Below are positions 57,044 through 60,975 of a stretch of DNA of 60,975 nt, piece after piece. The position numbers were made by a program, and so were the translations under genes. The notes beneath the pieces were generated by a model that made no database searches, was not told where the DNA came from, and saw only the letters and a program-made list of their open reading frames with translations. The stretch comes from a virus (lineage: Duplodnaviria > Caudoviricetes), in the IMG/VR virus record IMGVR_UViG_3300019886_000001, positions 1 through 60,975 of that record. One strand, given 5' to 3'. Position 1 is the first letter of the stretch. The number at the start of each line of letters is the position of its first letter.

Positions 57044-57472
57044 GTTATTTACCTTTTTGCGGTGATCTGTTTCTTCAGCCTTTCGTATTCCTGGGCTTTC
57101 TGAAATTCCCAACCGGCTGCTGAATGATATGCCGGTGCATTTTTGGGCCAAGTAACCTGCTGACTTAATAGTTTCATACTTGATAGAATTAAATTTTTTG
57201 ACTTTTGAATCGTTTGTTGTGCTGTCATGATCTTGTTTTTGGTTCTTTTACGGATAACTGTATTGAAAGGTTACAATTATTTTAAAATTTTTAATGTGGT
57301 TGAATCAAACCAACATAATGTATATGGTGGTGCAGGTAAATCCATCATATCTTTACCAAAAATTGGAACAAATGTAATATTCAGATACTTCCTGCCAGTT
57401 TTGAAATATATCCTGTATTTACGTCTTACATGCCCAATTCTTCCATTACCATTAATTACAAATGTGCTCATA

Positions 57473-57706
57473 TTATGCTAATGATATTTTAAGGTTTAAA
57501 GTAATTGCGATCTTGATATATAAATCAATTTCGGTTGAATACTGGCCAAGTTCAATCTTGCTGATTGTTCCGGCTGTTGTGCCTATGGCTTCACCCACTT
57601 GCTGCAAGGTAAGGTTGGCAGCTTTGCGTGTTTCCTTCAATTTGGCACCCAATTGTTTGCGGTATTCAAGAACGTATTCCTGATCAATGTTTGTTTGCTT
57701 TGGCAT
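57473..57706 (-). CDS. XRE-family HTH regulator
   Basis: LKETRKAANLTLQQVGEAIGTTAGTISKIELG. Confidence 0.85.
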   Translation of the reverse strand: MPKQTNIDQEYVLEYRKQLGAKLKETRKAANLTLQQVGEAIGTTAGTISKIELGQYSTEIDLYIKIAITLNLKISLA

Positions 57707-57708
57707 GG

Positions 57709-57993
57709 CTATTTTTTGAAAAGTTTGTTAATCTGTTTTTCTGTAAGTGCTAAGTAGTAATCCCCCTGCATGTTGTATGAATAAAAAGTAACATGGCAGT
57801 TGGCAAATTGTCTGTATGGGAATTCACCCTTTTTGGCTGATGCACCAATCGATATTGAAGTAATTGATATTTGATTTTTTAAAAGGAATTTCAAGAACTT
57901 ATCCTTAGTTACGGTTATCAGTTTTTCAACATCCTTCCTATTGTCCACCGGCTGACATGGTAATAAATCAGCCTGAATTTCCGTGCATCTCAT
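57709..57993 (-). CDS. Hypothetical protein
   Basis: In operon. Confidence 0.6.
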   Translation of the reverse strand: MRCTEIQADLLPCQPVDNRKDVEKLITVTKDKFLKFLLKNQISITSISIGASAKKGEFPYRQFANCHVTFYSYNMQGDYYLALTEKQINKLFKK

Positions 57994-58361
57994 ATCATCC
58001 TTCCCGTTTTCATGTAAGCTTCATGTTGCATGTTGCTATACTGTTCTTCACAAAAAGACTTCAAATCGAATTCAGGATCATCAGGAATGGTTTTACCACT
58101 GACTAATGTTATCTGCCTAATGATGGCAAAGGCACCATCCACATCACCTTCAATATCGAAATCAACCAATGCTTCAACTTCAGCACCGTTCACGGTAACT
58201 GTTGTTTTTAACTGATTGATGTTTTCTATGGATACATTGAAGGTATTTGGAACCCGACTGCTTAAAATTTCTTTTGCCTGGGTTTCATCTTCAGCATCAA
58301 GAAAGGTAATTTTTGTTGGCCCAAGCAAGTTAGCCTGATAGCAAATTCTAAATGTGTTCAT
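57990..58361 (-). CDS. Hypothetical protein
   Basis: In operon. Confidence 0.65.
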   Translation of the reverse strand: MNTFRICYQANLLGPTKITFLDAEDETQAKEILSSRVPNTFNVSIENINQLKTTVTVNGAEVEALVDFDIEGDVDGAFAIIRQITLVSGKTIPDDPEFDLKSFCEEQYSNMQHEAYMKTGRMI

Positions 58362-58428
58362 GATAATTGGTTTTATACCACCAAAAGCCCGCGTGTTAGG
58401 CGGGCTGATGTTTAGAATAAATTAGGTT

Positions 58429-58668
58429 TTATCTTGGATCAAAAACAGAAATGTTTTTATCACCACCTTGCATTGTATATCCCTTACCGACCCAAACACG
58501 ACCGTTATATGAAATGTAATGTGTTTGATTGCCATTATCATCAAATATTTCACCGTTTGGCCATTTACTTGCACCCTGACCGCTTTTATCCCTTAGATCA
58601 CAAAATATTTTAGATGCTTCTTCAATTGTAGAAACCTGATAGGTTTTCTTTTTTAATATTAGTTTCAT
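58429..58668 (-). CDS. Small phage protein
   Basis: EEAS...RD.SG.GAS.W...ISYNGRVW. Confidence 0.7.
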   Translation of the reverse strand: MKLILKKKTYQVSTIEEASKIFCDLRDKSGQGASKWPNGEIFDDNGNQTHYISYNGRVWVGKGYTMQGGDKNISVFDPR

Positions 58669-58673
58669 GATGA

Positions 58674-58811
58674 TTAGTATTTAGGTAAGTGACCAAAAGT
58701 TAAATAACAGATTATAGCCGGGATAGCTATAACGATCAATACTAATCCTAATTGGGAATTGCTTGCTGAACCACTGAAGGTTGCCTGGAAAGCTGTTGTT
58801 AAATTTTTCAT
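58674..58811 (-). CDS. Small membrane peptide (start MKNLTT)
   Basis: TM helix; the upstream part of the ORF call covers promoter and terminator sequence. Confidence 0.45.
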   Translation of the reverse strand: MKNLTTAFQATFSGSASNSQLGLVLIVIAIPAIICYLTFGHLPKY

Positions 58812-58987
58812 ATTGTTCTTGCAGAGTTTTAAAAGCTGCACCGCTTTTTTAATGTTGATATAAAGATATGTATAATTATTATCCCGCGCAAATTTATTTG
58901 AAAATAATTTAAATAAAAAAACCACCATAAGCTTTTGCACTTATGATGGCCTCACAACATTTCAAATTTTAATCCGTATCAAATATA

Positions 58988-59551
58988 CTATTCTTCAAGC
59001 CATTCAACAATAGCATTGTTATTATCCCAACCTGGTTCTTTGCCGTCCGATCTCCAACTTTTTGTTTTTTTAAAGTAGGTGTATTGGTGAATTTGACCTT
59101 CAGAATCTTTAGTATAAACCTTTACACCATCATGTGGCATACCTTCTGTTACATTAATCCACTTCCCGCGTAATACTTTTGATTTGGTTCTTAACCCTTC
59201 AAAGAAGCCTTCAATCAATTTGTAATCATCATCTGTTCCATTCTTACCAACCATTTGATAAGCTGCCTGTTTCATCAGGTTGATGTTTTCATCGGGATTG
59301 ATGGAATCCCTTTCATCATCATACTGCCAATTGTACCCGGCCGGGTTTTGTGAAATGTGAACAACTGAAGTTCGATCCTGCATAGCCCCGCAATCAGGAA
59401 TGATTTTAAGGTTTACACATACCGGTCCCCAAATACGGGTGATAATAGCAGGAATGGGATCATGATTGTGGTTTGACTTTGCGATTGCATCATCAGGGTT
59501 TGGGGTGAACAACACTATGCTGCCAACCCTGGGTTGTTTTGGGTAATTCAT
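58988..59551 (-). CDS. Hypothetical phage protein (C-terminal DUF551-like)
   Basis: PRVGSIVLF..PAIITRIW..VNL; WINVTEGMP. Confidence 0.65.
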   Translation of the reverse strand: MNYPKQPRVGSIVLFTPNPDDAIAKSNHNHDPIPAIITRIWGPVCVNLKIIPDCGAMQDRTSVVHISQNPAGYNWQYDDERDSINPDENINLMKQAAYQMVGKNGTDDDYKLIEGFFEGLRTKSKVLRGKWINVTEGMPHDGVKVYTKDSEGQIHQYTYFKKTKSWRSDGKEPGWDNNNAIVEWLEE

Positions 59552-59638
59552 AAATTGTAAAGTTTTAAAGATGTAAAATTGTAAAGCATAAAGATATACT
59601 GCTGAAGCGTGACATTTTACACATCAAAATTTAGGCAA

Positions 59639-59666
59639 CAAAAAAGCCCGGCTATTAACCAGGCTT
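59639..59666 (-). terminator. Intrinsic terminator
   Basis: agcctgg/ccgggct stem plus T run after the beta-helix gene. Confidence 0.6.
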
Positions 59667-59688
59667 CCAAATAATTTTAATTCTGCTA

Positions 59689-60798
59689 TTATAAATGATA
59701 GGTGATCATCACAGCAGGCAAAACATTTGCTGTTAAAGTCTTATCAAAAGTATTGTTTATTCGTTTTATACCGTTGGGATTAGCAGATCCACCAAACCAA
59801 AATAAAACCTCTCCCCCTGGGAAATTAGTGCCTGTTTTACCATTCAGGTTAATCCAATTTATTTTATTGTTACTGATAGTGACATTTGTTTTGCTTCCTA
59901 AAGCAACTATGCCATCATGTGCAACAGAACTTTTAATAAGGCTTACACCGATATTTGAATCAATCAACACGTTGGTATGCGTACCACCGTTATATGTATT
60001 AGCCTGGATGAATGCAGCACCATTGTTAACACCAGTGTTTTTAACAACATCAATGTTTAAACCATTATCTAATGTAATACCCGCGCCTGTTCCTAAATTA
60101 AATCCGTCAACAATCATCCCTCCCCTGATCTTATTTCCACTAACCAAAAAATGGCTTGCTGAAGTACCCGAACAATTAACCAGGTTGATTATATCATGTG
60201 GGTTTACACAAACGCCCGGAACGTTTTCAATAATATTATCCTTTACTTCGTTACCGGCACCTGTTACACTTTCAAATCTGATGGCATGGGCAAAATCACC
60301 TAAGTATATTTTAGGTTCGTAAAGGTTTAATAATTGATTAGAATTTACTTTTATGTTAGTTCCACCTTTTACCCTGAAAAAGTTACAGTACATCGTACCA
60401 AAGTTAAAAGTGGCTGTAACGTTGGTGCAATTATTGAAAGTAACAGCATAAGCATTTGTTCCTTTACCACCGTTAAAAGTGCATAGGTTAACCACTATGT
60501 TAGTGCAGTTATTGAAAACCAATGATTTACCTGTTATCGTTTTTGATACTAAGGTTATATTGCTTTGATTATTATACGTCAATACCTGAAGTTCAGGTCC
60601 ACCCGGATTTTTACCATCACCCGGTTGAGTAACAACAGGTGGAACATACTTTTTAATAACACTATCAACTGTTGTTGTAGTGGTTTTTACTACGGTATCC
60701 AGGTTTGCTTTTACTTGTCGCGTAACGCTGACTGTTGTTTGACCGAATGTGGAAATGGCAACTGCCATACACATCAAAAAGGTTAAGAGTTTTTTCAT
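59689..60798 (-). CDS. Secreted right-handed parallel beta-helix protein
   Basis: Signal peptide MKKLLTFLMCMAVAISTFG; Asn-ladder repeats (FNNCTNIVV, NIKVNSN, NVTISNN). Confidence 0.75.
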   Translation of the reverse strand: MKKLLTFLMCMAVAISTFGQTTVSVTRQVKANLDTVVKTTTTTVDSVIKKYVPPVVTQPGDGKNPGGPELQVLTYNNQSNITLVSKTITGKSLVFNNCTNIVVNLCTFNGGKGTNAYAVTFNNCTNVTATFNFGTMYCNFFRVKGGTNIKVNSNQLLNLYEPKIYLGDFAHAIRFESVTGAGNEVKDNIIENVPGVCVNPHDIINLVNCSGTSASHFLVSGNKIRGGMIVDGFNLGTGAGITLDNGLNIDVVKNTGVNNGAAFIQANTYNGGTHTNVLIDSNIGVSLIKSSVAHDGIVALGSKTNVTISNNKINWINLNGKTGTNFPGGEVLFWFGGSANPNGIKRINNTFDKTLTANVLPAVMITYHL

Positions 60799-60848
60799 GC
60801 TGTTTTTAATTAAGTGATTTACTGCTTATTACTGCATCAAAGCTATAA

Positions 60849-60975
60849 AATTTCTGTCCAACTTTATACAAATCTGTTACAACGGTTGTGCCCAAAGATT
60901 TGTGTCCAGGATCACACAAATTTGTTGCAACAGTTTCAGCCGGGAATTTCTGTCCGATTTTACAGAAATCTTTCG
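60849..60975. repeat. 48-bp period tandem array, units A-C (continues across the junction to ~140)
   Basis: Units start at 60849, 60897, 60945 (=47) and 95; consensus (a/g)attt(c/g)tgtcc-N8-a(c/g)aaat(c/t)tgtt(a/g)caac. Confidence 0.9.

Noticed and set aside
60899-60975. 77-bp repeat as a biological terminal repeat or att site
   Set aside because: Length matches an assembler k-mer overlap and it cuts through a repeat array
1-60975. tRNA genes or stop-codon reassignment
   Set aside because: No cloverleaf recognised; standard-code ORFs tile the genome densely

Overview
The window looks like a complete, circularly assembled tailed-phage genome of about 60.9 kb; bases 1-77 repeat exactly at 60899-60975. 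TAnnTTTG promoters and SD-less, A-rich leaders point to a Bacteroidota host (inference). Almost all genes are on the minus strand. Modules are DNA modification and nucleases (~3-13 kb), replication and recombination (~17-25 kb), lysis (26-27.8 kb), virion morphogenesis in an unusual order (27.8-55.3 kb) and many small accessory genes. No integrase was recognised. The main signal is a diversity-generating retroelement (13423-15745). It has an intact RT and a 69-nt template repeat, and two tandem small non-virion genes whose internal variable repeats differ from the template only at template adenines. No avd is recognisable; a 97-aa gene overlapping the RT stop takes the accessory position. Other signals: a 4 x 48-bp dyad repeat array across the circular junction; a GAACTTAA leader motif and ATTATCAAT box shared by many promoters; an in-frame HerA-ATPase/C5-methyltransferase chimera; a -1 frameshift tail chaperone missed by the ORF track; and candidate sRNAs. 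All product calls come from motif recognition by eye, not database searches.
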